From positions 1-39,462 of the forward strand of contig KZ538939.1 of the NCBI GenBank assembly GCA_000934665.2: a stretch of 39,462 bases of DNA, read 5' to 3'. A model generated the notes under the pieces. It saw nothing but the letters and a program-made list of their open reading frames with translations. It had not been told where the DNA came from and searched no databases. Positions within the stretch are counted from its first letter, which is position 1; the number at the start of each line of letters is the position of its first letter. Positions 11,207 through 24,400 of the stretch are shown one piece after another. This DNA comes from Catajapyx aquilonaris (Eukaryota). The position numbers were made by a program, and so were the translations under genes.

Positions 11207-11467
11207 NNNNNNNNNNNNNNNNNNNNNNNNNNNNNNNNNNNNNNNNNNNNNNNNNNNNNNNNNNNNNNNNNNNNNNNNNNNNNNNNNNNNNNNNNNNNNN
11301 NNNNNNNNNNNNNNNNNNNNNNNNNNNNNNNNNNNNNNNNNNNNNNNNNNNNNNNNNNNNNNNNNNNNNNNNNNNNNNNNNNNNNNNNNNNNNNNNNNNN
11401 NNNNNNNNNNNNNNNNNNNNNNNNNNNNNNNNNNNNNNNNNNNNNNNNNNNNNNNNNNNNNNNNNNN
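11207..11467. other. Assembly gap (N run) next to a poly-G tract, probably hiding part of the Hairless 5' end
   Basis: N characters. Confidence 0.95.
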
Positions 11468-11510
11468 CCTTCTTTTTTTTTTCTTTCTTTTTTTTAATAA
11501 TCCGGAATAG

Positions 11511-11691
11511 AAATGGCAGCCAAGTTGATGACGACGAGGGCAGAGCATCGGGATTCGGGGACGAAGATGCGACGGGACCGCCGTTGAACCTCGTTCATCT
11601 CGTCCCGTCCCATCAGCCTGCCCGCTGCTGCAAGACCTACGATTCCTCCCGACTGCAGATCCAGCATCGGCCCCCGGGGCTACCAACTCAC
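11511..11691 (+). other. Putative 5' exon of Hairless (likely UTR)
   Basis: T-rich tract and aatag acceptor-like site at 11510, GC-rich body, donor c|gtaagc at 11692; next acceptor ttttag at 17137. Confidence 0.45.
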
Positions 11692-13145
11692 GTAAGCATT
11701 TCCTCCCTCCCCGATGAAATGACCCCTATCCCTAGTCCTCCGGATTTCTTTATGGCCACGTTAGTTGGCTCAGTTGTCGTAGTAGGTTCCGGTGCTTCTG
11801 GTGCACGTGATTTTTCAGAAGTATCAGAATATTTCGTGGCTGTTTTTAGAAAGGGGGTCATTGCACCTGCTGTGGTGTGGAGAAGAAAAAATAAGGGTGA
11901 AGGAATTTTTCCGAATCAGGACATTACTGAAGGCGCAGATAAAAGCAGGGCAAGTGTCAGGCACCTACTATTTAGCGGGATGGATGGATGTCAATAGTTA
12001 AAAATGTAACTGTGTCAAGGTAGAGCAGTGCGTTTAAGGTAGTGAAATGTGGGTGGGTTGTGACAATTTGTGATGAGAAATGTCGATAATGTGTCGTTAT
12101 TTAAAATGAAGAGTGCTAGGGGTACTGTTAATATAAAGTTAAATAGGGCAGCCTGATAGCTGAGGGTACGTGCATGTTCAGATTATGCTAATGGAATTTT
12201 AAAAGATTTCAAAGATCTTGATTGTAATTTAGGATGCTAAATGAACCAGTTAATTGTGGTCGTTATGCTGTGATTTTTAGAAGCCTAGGCAAATTGTCAT
12301 TGTTAATTACTATTGTTGTTTTTAATTCGTTAATTATGATAACAATGTTGATGTCACCTTTGGAAATTTGAGAAGCAGAGGCTGTTCATGCTGAAATAAA
12401 GAATCATATCTCAAAAGATCTGTTGTTGAATAGATAAGTGGCCAGTAAATATCCTTAATGCAGTGAAATGCAGGCATAAGAAGTGATTGCAGATAGTGAT
12501 GACAAACACTTACAGGAGTATGTCATAAGCCACTCATTTGATGCTGCATGATTAATAACTATATTAGCCCATCCACCTAAAGTGACACTTGATTCCCAAG
12601 GTGACAGGTGACATATGTGCATACATTTGCAGTACAGATCACATGTGTAGATATTGAATGAAACAAATTGTGGAAATGAACATATTGAGGTAGCCAGAAG
12701 GATAATGCAATTGTCTTCATCCTAAAACAACAAGTAATAAGCCTCCCACTGCCAACAATTCTGGCCTATTTATTGAGAGCCATGAGAAAATGTGGCTGGT
12801 GTTAGTTTAGTACTCACAGAATGCAGAATACTGAATACAACAGTATTCATGTCTACCTAAAAGGGATATGGAGAAGATGATATACATATGTATATTGTGT
12901 CTTCACAACTTAAAACACTTTTTTTACATGGACAATTTCTGAGTTTCGTAATCCTAGAGGCCATTAACTGGAAATGTACAAATACACATTGGTACGGTAT
13001 TCTGCCTTCATAATGTGTCACACTTGCCTGGTTACATAGGAAACTGACCTTTCAGGTACTATTAGACAGACCCCAGGATATAGAATGATTTCTACCATGT
13101 GTTATTGATGTATATGATGCTGATCTGCAGTTTGTCATGAGATGT

Positions 13146-13514
13146 TTTTTTCTTCTTTTTTCTTTCCCCCGTGATCGAGGACAGAGCTGGGGGGGTGGGG
13201 GGGGGGGGGGTGTGTGTGTGTGGAGCACCACCATTTTTCAATTTTTCTTATATATTTTTCTTCAAACTTCGTGCAAGGCAGAAAGGACATGAGGTAGAGA
13301 TGGGAATTTTTGGGGAGGAGACACAGGTGCAGGTTCAATGTCTGAAAATGGGTCATGTGCAGTCTCCCTGGAGGCTAGGTTGCCAGACACCTCCAAGGCG
13401 CAGGTCAGAGACCCTCCAACGAAATGGAACTCCCTGGTCGGGATCGAACCCAGGACCTTTCACTGAGCAAGCCGAGTCGTTACCAACTCGGCCAATACGG
13501 CCAACACGCCTCCC
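13146..13514 (-). mobile_element. tRNA-derived SINE (family 1)
   Basis: Minus-strand A box tggccgagttgg and B box ggttcgatcc; A-rich tail; TSD tgtcatgagatgt at 13133-13145 and 13517-13529; homologous to 33334-33684. Confidence 0.85.
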
Positions 13515-15214
13515 TGTGTCATGAGATGTAACATACACTAATGGTTTATACCATTGTCAATATGTTAGCAGTTCTGCTACCATTTGTATACATAGATTGT
13601 AAAATTACATAATGTTGTGGTGTCTGCACCAAGAACAAATCCAAGTGATTACTTTTAAAATGAGTGGGAATATGCCATGAAATTTTCTACCCTGCCATTA
13701 ATATTTAAGTAATGTGGTGCTAATCATAATAATTAGCATATTTACAGAAGTTGCCAAGTTGCTTGGGATTCATGCAAATCAATTTTTGGCATACATTTTG
13801 CATCATCAAATATCAAGAGCAGTTTATTACTTTGCAACAAAAATTTAAAGAAAGAAACAACCACATACCGTATATGATATCTTATTATGCAAGAGAATGC
13901 TACATTTACACACTATATGTGCATGTCTGGTGACATGTTAGCCATCTTATGTAAATTTATGATGTCATTGAATTTATTGCTTGCAATATTTATCATCATG
14001 TTTGTTAAGGGGAGTAGTTGTTTTTATGGATAAGCAGTTGCCAAGAGCAGAAGGCTGTCTACATAATTATATCTGGTTAGGTAATTATGTGGGATTCTTT
14101 GTGCAGTTTTGGGAATTGGGATGAGAGTGAGCAGTTTCTTTTAGCAGAAGGCTCTTTACTTTTAAAGAACATTCAAGATATGTAGAATGCCACCCAAGGA
14201 GGGTTATGTGAGCCACAGAACGCATGTGATAGGTTGTGACAATTGCAGATTTTATTATATACCGTTTTCTAAGCGGTTTGTTTTAAAATTTATCGTTTTA
14301 TTGCAATGAATGTGTGTCATTTTTAGCTCTCTAATTGCAGTGAACTAGCCACCCTTTCACTACTTCCTACCCCTTGTTGTGATGAATGATAATGCTAATT
14401 GTTTTTCCATCCTGGTGGGAGCCAAATGGATTGGTGTTTGATATGTGCTAACATTCTTGAGAAGGGAATCTGAACATTCATGCAGATGTAGCTTGCTGTT
14501 TTTCATATAATGTAGGCCTACTGATAATGTGAAAATACTGCCATCGGACTTGATGAACTTTAGTATGACACATATTTTGTACAAGAGCTTGCAATTGTTT
14601 TGGCCAGTTATCATTTGTTATTAGAAAGTTGTCAAGGGAGGTTCTGTACTAGGCTAGAGTGTAAGAACGCTGCACTGTCCAATTACGTTTAGTTTTAGTT
14701 GCAGATTTTTAAATAAAGACCTTAGTGCTTTATTGGGAAGTCTACCTTGATCCATTTTATTTACATGGTGTACATATTTTAAGTGACTGGGTGATGATTG
14801 ATATCTTAAGCAGCATGCAACCCTTACCCAGTCTCAGGAAGTAATATATTGGCTGGAATTTTTCCGGTGACTAACAATTTTTCGGTAAATATGGTTTGGA
14901 CTGTTTCAAGGTCTTCTAAATAGTCTAATTCCCATACTCGTGCCACATAAGTGGCTATTGTGACTATGACTGCATCATCACAAAATCTATATGATGACAT
15001 GATTGACAGCAGTTTAGGTATTGAGAGAGTGCCAATTGCTTTCTGTACTCTTTCAGTTGCCAATTTTTTGAATACTTGAGGTGAAGAAAACATATTTGGA
15101 TTACATAAAATAAGCAACAGCAGTGTCAGTGGAAGTCATAGTAGGGGTTTTTTCCAGAAGTCATACATATTTTGCAGTGGTGTGGGACTGTAGTTACACT
15201 GGCTCCAACATTAC

Positions 15215-15463
15215 TAGGCAGATCCTACCCGTCTGAATACCACACACTTGGCACAATCCAACACAACAACTGAGGGTTATAAGAAGCACAGCAAGATGCA
15301 GAGTTGTAATATGTCATGTGTTTGATATAAGGTACCTTGAAAATTATCATATGCAAGGCATGATAATTCTGTGTCTTGCTGAGCTTCATATCACCCTCAT
15401 TTATTGTTTTGGGTTGTCTGGAGTGGGTTGCATTCAGATACAGCAGTGGGTGGGATCTGCCTA
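15215..15463. mobile_element. Degenerate palindromic MITE
   Basis: taggcagatcctaccc... / ...gggtgggatctgccta with imperfect ~100-bp arms. Confidence 0.6.
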
Positions 15464-16121
15464 ACAGAAGATGAAGTATAGGCCTATATCTTCTGTAAAT
15501 GTTTTATTAGGAACATGTCTGAAAAGGGCAGTGTTTTGCCATGTACCACAATAATTTTTTTTGAAAGTTGCAAGTTAAAAAAATTAATGGTACTCAGTCT
15601 TTCCTTGCCAATTCTGGAACTGTGAGAATCTTAATTTGAAACGTTTTTCAATAAAAAAGGGTTGACTCAGAGTCAAACTCTGCCCTGCAGTGCAAAGTTG
15701 AATGCTATTATGCATACAAACAGTGGGTTAACATCCCTTTCAATAACAAAATTCATTACGTGTATGGATCTACTGTAAGTCCGGAAATCTGGAACTCTTG
15801 CATAATTAAGCCAGATATCTTATTTTTACCAGCTTTTCTTGCCTGATATCTTTCAAGGACATGGCTACATTAGTTGATAGGCCCATTCATTGCTAATCTC
15901 TCAAATTCTCTAACTACTCATCTCTTGCAATGCACTAATTGCCTTTTCATACTTTAGTTGTATGGATGAATTGATATGACTGATAGAGTCTTCATACTTT
16001 TCATTGTTCTCTATTTGTCCTGGGATGTTCTTCTAAAAGTAATTTTTGGCAGCGGGAAAAGTTGTTATTCTTCAGACTGCACCCGATATGCACTTAGCCA
16101 ACTAATCTCATCCACTTGATG

Positions 16122-16825
16122 CGAGGGCTGTCTGGAAAGTAAGGTAAAACATTTTTTCCCTTGGGAAGTTTTAATAACAGAATAATACAAGTTACACAAA
16201 TGAGAAGATATAGTGAATGTCATTTCTCAATGTAATCCCTGAGTAAGTTCAAACACTTGTCCCAACATTTCAGCGAGAGTTCTATCCCCCCCTCATAAAA
16301 TTCTGGGTCACTTGAAAGTAGGCAGGTGATAATCTCTTCCTTCACCTCCTCATCACTAGGCAAACTGTCTTTCCAACAAGTGACCTTTCAGAGGGCGGAG
16401 AAGGGTGTGAGACGGGTGATCCCAGATTTCTCGCCTGTGGTACATCATGTCACGATAGAGACCAAGATGGACTCAGTGGGTTGGAACTTGGAAGAATCCT
16501 TCCTTTCACTCAAAAAATTTCAATTCTGCGAAGAAAGTCATGGCAATATAAGTCTTGACTTGGCCCCTTCTGACTTCTTTTTTTTCCCCCTCGGGAAAAC
16601 AGTTTGCCAGTGACAAAGATGTGTCTACTTTTGCAGGACCCGGAATTCTATGAGAGAGGGGATAGAACTCTTGCTGAAATGTTGGGACAAGTGTTTGAAC
16701 CAACTTGGAGAGTACATTGAGAAATGACATTCACTATATCCTTTCATATGTGTAACTTTCGTGCTTCTGTTGTTAAACCTTTCCAAAGTAAAAAATGTTT
16801 TACCTTACTTACCGGACACCCCTCA
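16122..16825. mobile_element. Mariner-derived non-autonomous element with long inverted arms
   Basis: TIR cgagggctgtctggaaagtaaggtaaaacatttt; relic SLDLAPSDFFFF (mariner YSPDLAPSD motif) near 16550-16590; C-terminal WDKCLN..G.YIEK* relic in both arms. Confidence 0.85.
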
Positions 16826-17327
16826 TATTCTGCTTACTAGGAAGCTGATAAATAAGCAATTTACAATGGGCCATTCCTAATTGGAAATTCTTTGCAGTTC
16901 AGAATTTGAAGGGATGATTCAGTTTGGTATAATATTAGTAGCTAATAATTTTGGTAACTTATAAGCAACTAGGCAAAAATAACATACAAAATAAGCAGCT
17001 TAATACCCACAAATTGCCATATTAGTTGGAAAAGTATTTTGGGTCTCCCTGTACAAATGATAAGAACTTTGGAAAAGTATACCAATTTTTTGTCAGCGTT
17101 TCTTGAGTCAAATATTGATTGTAATTTTTATTTTTAGGGCTGCAAGGTTCACGTAAGCCACAGCTTGGTGCAAAGAGAGGGTGGCGCTGGATGTGGGCAG
17201 GCTGCATCGGTGTGGAGGAGGAGGAGGAGGAGGGGGAAGGAGTGAAGCAGGAGGAAATGATGGGAAACTTGACGGCACTGCCCCTCTGGAAGCAACGGAG
17301 GAGCCTTCATACTCACAGGCTATCCCA

Positions 17328-20300
17328 ATGAGCCTCTTCCCTCCCCACCAGGGAGCAGGAGGAGGTGGAGGTGGGCTGCCATCCTTGCCTGCCCCTTCTC
17401 TCCCTAACCCACCTGAGGATTCCTCCCCATCATCCTCATCTCCATCATCTTCCCCCACATCTTCTGCATCCCCATCTTCTCCCATCTCACATGACAGCAA
17501 AGGAGGGCGGAAGTTGGTTTTAAATGGCAGCCACACGCCGCCGCCTGCAACCTCACAGCAGTTTCTTCCTCCTCCACCAGTTACCCATGCTCACTCCAGT
17601 TCAGAGGTGACAAAAAGTGCCACCGTTTCTACCTCCAAGGGATCAGGTGGACGCCTCAAGTTCTTCATGGGTCAGTATACTCTTTCTAAGAGAGGCTTAT
17701 AAAAGGTGGATGTGAACATGTGGAAAATTTGATCATTGGAGCAGCAGGAAGAGAGAGCACAGTAGTAATGTGGTAGTGGTGGGGGTTGTAAATTGGGCAT
17801 GCATTCTGTGTAAGCTGTGACTGTCTGTGTAGCATTAAGGCGGCTACACACAGGCAGTTGCAGCCGCAGTTGGAGTCGGAGTTGGACTCCAACTGCAGTT
17901 GCAACCTGCCCGTGTGAAGCCACCTTTATGAATGGACTCCAAACTGAAGGTGAGTAATGCCTGTGTTCAACAGACATCAAATATAGCCTACACCAATTGG
18001 ACCTGACGAACTGATCATAGATTCCAGGAAGATACGCCCAAGAAATTGTCACTGTAAGAGTCACACATCAGATCCATAGCTGCATCAGTTTTCATCTCAT
18101 TACCAGTGTGACACCAGAGAAAGATGTTACAGAACAATGCCCTTGAGTGTGACATTTGACTGCAACCTGTTTCTTCAGTCCTAAGCTGCTGATAGGGAAG
18201 AATTCAATGCAGAGATGTGTCAGACTCCTGTGGTGACAATTCCTTGGGCCTCCTTTGCTGGGGTATGGAAATCAGTTAGCTGCAATTGGTGTTACTTTGA
18301 TGTATGTTAGACACAGGCATTCAGTTTGGGGTCAGTTTCATGTAAGTGAGGTGCACTTCTCCCAGTGAGGTGCACTTCTCCCAGTGAGGTGCACTTCTCC
18401 CAGTGAGACAACCTAATATGAGAGAAGTTTGTGCCATTTTGTAAACCTCATTTGGCTGTATTTTTGCAATAATTTGCACTTTGTTCAGCATCATTCTGCA
18501 TACACATTGTTTACACTTCTTTCACATCATTACACCAAAAGGACCAGTTATTACCTGTCACAATGCAGGGGAACCCTGCCAACCAATGACTTACACATCT
18601 GAAGCACATACATGAAACTCCCAATTGGAGGGACACTGGTGGTCAAGATGAAGGTGGAAGGTTAATTGTGTCACCTGCTGCACTTCACCACCCCACCCTT
18701 GATGGTGCCACATCATATGAAAATTATTTATGTCATAGGACAGCTTGGAAATACCTGGTCTTAAACTTTTATGCTGACACCGAGGTGTTCCTCAGTTCCT
18801 TCTGCAGAACACAAGAGTGCTACCGCATTTGCATTTGTGTCAACCTGCAGGGGGAGAGTAATGTAATTCAGAGTTTTGAGTTGGCATTGTCATAAGTAAA
18901 GATTTTTCAGTCTTCTATCAGGGAAAATGCCAGAAATATGTAGCTGTCTTAAAATTTTATGCAGTAAGGGAGATTGGGGTATTGTTGTAACAGGGTACGT
19001 TTGTAACATCGCCAATAATAAATATGTTTGGAAGGCCCTGAAGCTGAAACTCACACAGTACATGTGTCACTAGGATCTCTAAGCCAAGCAAAACTTCGGA
19101 TACTCCTTTTTTGTTTTTTGATTTTTTATATGAAAAAAAACCAAAATCAAAGTATGTTCCCAACTTTTTTGGGTGGCAGTATTTAAGTGATTTTGCAGGG
19201 GGGTAGAAGCGCTATTTAATTGCCCTTGGTATCACGAGAAAGGTTCCTTTAGTGGGGTCACAGCGACGGTATAGATGACCAAATCATGTGTACAGTAAAA
19301 AAGTAGTAAGCATATCTACAAGGCAACACACAATGGCGCTGGTTGTAACAACTTCCTTGGGGTCAGTTGTAACATGGTAAAATCATGAGAGAAAGGTCAA
19401 GTCTGTGTACAGATGTTACAGCTACATATCTCACAGGATATTGAGAGTAGAAATAGCTATTATTTTGTTCAATGAAGCCTCTTATAACCAGTTTGTTGAA
19501 AATTTATATGAATAAAAAATCAATTATCTTGTAATACATATATGCTGAGTAAATTCCAGTGTATCAAGAGGGCTGATTCATGGCGCGTATTTTTAAATTA
19601 AAAAAAGGTAACACATACAGAGATGACCTTTGCTGAATTTTGAAGATCCGGCGATTACAATTTTATCTGGCATATAGATGACGCCCATATAAAATAACCA
19701 TTGCACATTCGGAATCAGGATTTTTTTCCCGATTTTTGGGGGCCAACTTGTATTTTAAGTGGAGTATCCCTTTAACTACGAAACGGAGCCAAAAGCTAAT
19801 TGCACATCCCTATATTAGTTTTGCGAGTACTATCCATCTATCTGGTGATTATACGTGAGTTTCCCTTCACCCTGTATAGTGACCTTAGCCTTTCATGTCA
19901 TACACCCTCCAGACTTCATTGCATCATTGATTATCTCCTGTTGGAGAGAGGTTTATACTAATAATGTTATAATTGCTATTTGACAAGCAACTGTTGATAG
20001 GTGTCAAGGAATCAAAACGATGTAATGAATCGCTTAATTTTGTTTATTAAAATTTTTCCTTAGTGTGGGTGAAAATAGATTTATGCCACACAAAATTTGT
20101 ATATATTTTTGTGATACTCAGAATATGAACTGTGTTACAATAAATTTTTAAATTCCAGATGGTAAGATCATCCTGGAGCTTTCCCACAATCGTCAAGGAG
20201 AAAGAGCTGGCTGGGTCCCAGTGAGCAGCAAGAAGTATTGGATGTCCCACAAGGACACTCACTCACCTTCATCTCGAGGAAAAGGGGGTGGAAGTAGTGG

Positions 20301-21377
20301 GGGAGTAGTGGTAGTGGGTGCTCCTCTTGCTGATCCCCTTCTGGTAGGACTTCCCCAAATTCACTTGGAGAGGACTGGTAGTGGAGGAAGTGGCCCTGGC
20401 ACTGTGGTCAAGCAGGAGAGCTCATCCCATTCAGGTTTAGCAGCCAGATAATTGTAGCATAATATTGGTCTGTCTGGCATAATCTTGACTTTTACAGTAC
20501 CCTAAATTAATGGCTTTGCACAGACATCGCCACCTGGCGGGATTGATGAGCGGAACTAGGTGTTGGTGGGCTGTGTCCAAAATACTTTGATAACCAAGGC
20601 TGCTCGCGAGACCGCTCTAGACTGCTCAAGATATCGTGGTGGAATAACAGACATTCGCGTGGTCCGTGTAATAACTGGTTCACAACCTCAACACATTGAT
20701 AGGAATCGCAATGACCTTATAATTCATCCCACAGATATATCTGTGATCCACTGTGATCCATCTTTGTAGCAAGAGTTTGAATCCACCACGATATCGTGAG
20801 CTGTCCAAGTATTTTGGACGTAGCCCACCGACGCCTAATTCCGCTCGTTCTTGGACAGGTGGCAATGTCTGTATATAGCCATTAATGCAGGGTACTGTAC
20901 CAGTATGGTGTTATAGCCACGAGATGTGCATTTTTCTCAAGTCTGATCACCTTTGATTTTACCGGCATGCTGCAGTATGCACAATAATGCAGTAATTAGG
21001 AAAAGGTCGTGTGATATTGCATCGTACTAGGACATCACCAACCAATGTTAAGAAATGAAAGGGCTATTTATGCTGTTATTTTTCAGAGACTCTAATTAAG
21101 CCCTTTTCACATATGACCAGATGTCATGGTTTGAAAGAGCCTGTGCACATGTCCCTCTAAAAGACAAGTTTTTCAATGCCATCCTTGCGGGAGGCCTTTT
21201 ACTGGCACATTGAGATACGACTACTACTTTGCACTTGCACATTGCACCTCCCTTCTCATTCACCCTACTTGTGGTCCTGGGCACGTAGCAAATTTTTTTT
21301 AAATACTACTACAGTGTATGTGAATAAGAAAGGTCTATGCAACATACCCCACAGGGGTCAATTCACTACCCAGATTA

Positions 21378-21446
<69 letters not shown>

Positions 21447-24400
21447 AGGGGTATTACATAATGCTTGGGAATGAAAGCCAAGTAAAGAGCCTTCTGGGAA
21501 AAGGGAAAACATTGCAGGAAGGCTAGGTGTGTGCTTCCACCTTATAGTGGACTGCCTGGAACAGCAATGGAAATGCACCTTCCTGTCAACCACATCCATA
21601 CACTGTATCTGCCCTCCTCATTCTTCTTCTCCTTTCTATATATCTGTTTTCTCCCTGCCTGGCTTCCCCTCTGCCTCACATCTCTCCACTTTTCCTAGTT
21701 CTGGATCCTCAGGAACATTAGACGCGCAAAGTAAACAATGAATCATATTAATATCCTAATGATAATACAGCACTTGAGTAACAACACTGTGAGAGAAGTA
21801 TAACCAATGAACTCCAACAATAGCCACACCTGCAATTTTTGGAAATGTATTTTTGCAGTCTTGACTTTGCTGAGTCTCGGTATGTGATTTTTACAGATGA
21901 TTCTTCTGTGAGGTCATCTCCATGGCAGCGTGAGCGAAGGTGGAAGCAGCAGACTCCCAGGCATGGCATGGGCCACAAGATGGCATTCTCACTCAGGCTT
22001 CCACCACATAGACGAGGAGTCACCACATGCAGCACCATCAGCTGGCAACGTCAGGCCAGGCGGAAGCGACGGAGACCTTTCTCAAGCTCTCCCCCTGCCG
22101 AAAGTATGTGCAGCATTGGAAAGAGCAGGGTAAATGGAAGAAGAGGTTGCTTGGAGGAAGTGGTCCAAAGACTTCGGAGGACGGCCACCACTGGAAAGAG
22201 TGGAAGCACTAGCCTAGCCGCATTCCTCTCACCCCGGAAGCGCATCCTGAGAGAGCTGGAGTTGAGTCGGGCTGCTTCTCCAACCTCCCACTCCATACAC
22301 ACCCTTCTAGGGTCAGGAGGAGGAGGAGCATCTCAAAATGCTTCCCACCCACATAGGCACTACCCACCAAACTCTCCATCGCCTTTCCTGCGTGCTCTGC
22401 TCAAACCCCAGGTGTCACCGCCACCACCTCCACCTCCTCCGCCCCCACCCCCACCTCCAACTGCACCACTTCCACAGCAGTTCCTGCCATTCTTATCTCC
22501 CTTTGGAATCTTCCCACCTCCCCCCTCTCTCCCACCTCCATCCCTCACGTCCCAAGGTTCTAATGGACCTGTGTGGCTGCCGTATCCTTTCCCAGCATCC
22601 TTCCCTCCAACTCACCATCACCACCACCATCACCTTCCCATTCCACTTCCTCTCATTCCTCCTTCCTTTTGGAGACTGTCCCCTCCCTCTCCCACCAATT
22701 CTGCCCCCCTTACTGCCACCACTTCAGAAGTGCCACCCCACCAGCTCCGGTTGCCACCTGCCAGTGCGCACAAGGTTGCTAAGCCTCAGATGCCTTGCAC
22801 TCATGTCAGCGACTCAGGTAGGTTGCCTTGCCAACATATTTGTAATAGACCATCAAACGATTTCCATGCTGTATTACAGAAATTAACCTGCATTTTGCAA
22901 TAAAACATCACTTAGTTTATATGTATCAGTACAAGTAGATAGCAGCATGTGATGGGAGTGTTCACTCTGGCAGTTAGGTTAGTGTTTGTGTGGCTCTAGT
23001 GATGTCAGTATTAGGACAGGTTATCAGGAGGAAATCTCCCATTTTGTCAGATTACGCATTATGAATGCAGAATCAGAGAAAATCCCTAATTTGTTTTCAT
23101 ACTAAGCAATAAAAGCATGCTAAAATCATTACTCAGTAAGTAGGAGCATGGTACAGTGTTGGACATTAATCGAGTCATACTGCTAGCGACATATTCCGAA
23201 GCAGCAGAAGAATGAATCTTGCTGGCACGGCTTGCACTATTCGTATCTTCAATTCGTTCTTCTGCTAGCTTGTCGCTAGCAGTATGACTCGATTAATGCC
23301 CAACACTGTACCTAGGCAGCAGGTATTTCAATAGAAATGGGTGAAAGATTATGTGTTTATCCGCAATTGTAGCCTTGGTGTAACACTGTGCGCAAACTGC
23401 ATTTGCTTATTCCAGTGCAGGAGTAGCATGGAGCATGGCTTACCTACTATGTATTCATTTAGCCAATTTGTTATACAAGTGCAGCCCTGGTTGCATGCTC
23501 ATAATCAAGTGTGCAGAGCTGGTGTAAGGCTTGCTTACACTGTGATATCACTTGAACTACCCCTTAACTACACTGGTCGATAAATGAATACAGTAAAACC
23601 TCACTATAACGCTCTTCAAGGGACTGCCCAAAAGTAGAGTTATAAGCGGGATAGCGTTATATGTGGGAAAATTACCTTATGGAAATTATCAAGGGACCGG
23701 AAAAAGGAGGCGTTAAAAGCGGGAAAGCGGGAGCATTATATCGAGGTTTTACTGTATACCTCCTGAGAGTGCTGACCTTGGATTTTGTAAATGACACTTA
23801 AATATCAACATGGCATATCTACATCATGTCAATGTGTGTCCTGAAGGAACTGTTTCGATACTGGTATGCCAATTGCACAATTGCAGCTTGGCTTTGGCTA
23901 ATTACCATATCATTAGCCAACCTCCTACTGCTTGAACTTACAGTATAGTCATGTTTCAATACTCAAGCAAAGTTGATTACACTGACAGATCATTGATCCT
24001 ATGGCATACTCGCAACATTTGTTAGCCTCAGTATGGAGGTCCAATGTCATAGATCCTGTCACACCTGGCTGACCCTTGTAGATACCATTTTCAACACTTT
24101 TTAGGGATAGCAGGTAGAGGGCCACCAAGATGAAACCTAAGATGTAGGGCTGAAACTCCTTTTTTTGGAATTTTGGAAGTGTACTCGCTACCTTCCTGAA
24201 TTTTCAAAATATCATACAAGAACAGTAGTTTGAATGGAACAATACATATTTACCAGGTGGCATTCATGTTGAGTAGTTCATAATCGTGCTTCCGGACTGT
24301 ATGCATCGGGGACATGTCTTATGGGCCCCTTTACATTAAACCACTGCCAGCAAAATGTAAGTGCTGCCTGTCAATGAACGTGGAGATTGTCCATCAGCTA

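Noticed and set aside
15621..15628. Su(H)-type site TGTGAGAA in a Hairless intron (others near 23662 and 26761)
   Set aside because: Isolated, unpaired and near chance frequency; one lies inside a MITE
21176..21599. Poly-Leu and poly-Ile ORFs
   Set aside because: Translation of the (ATT)n microsatellite
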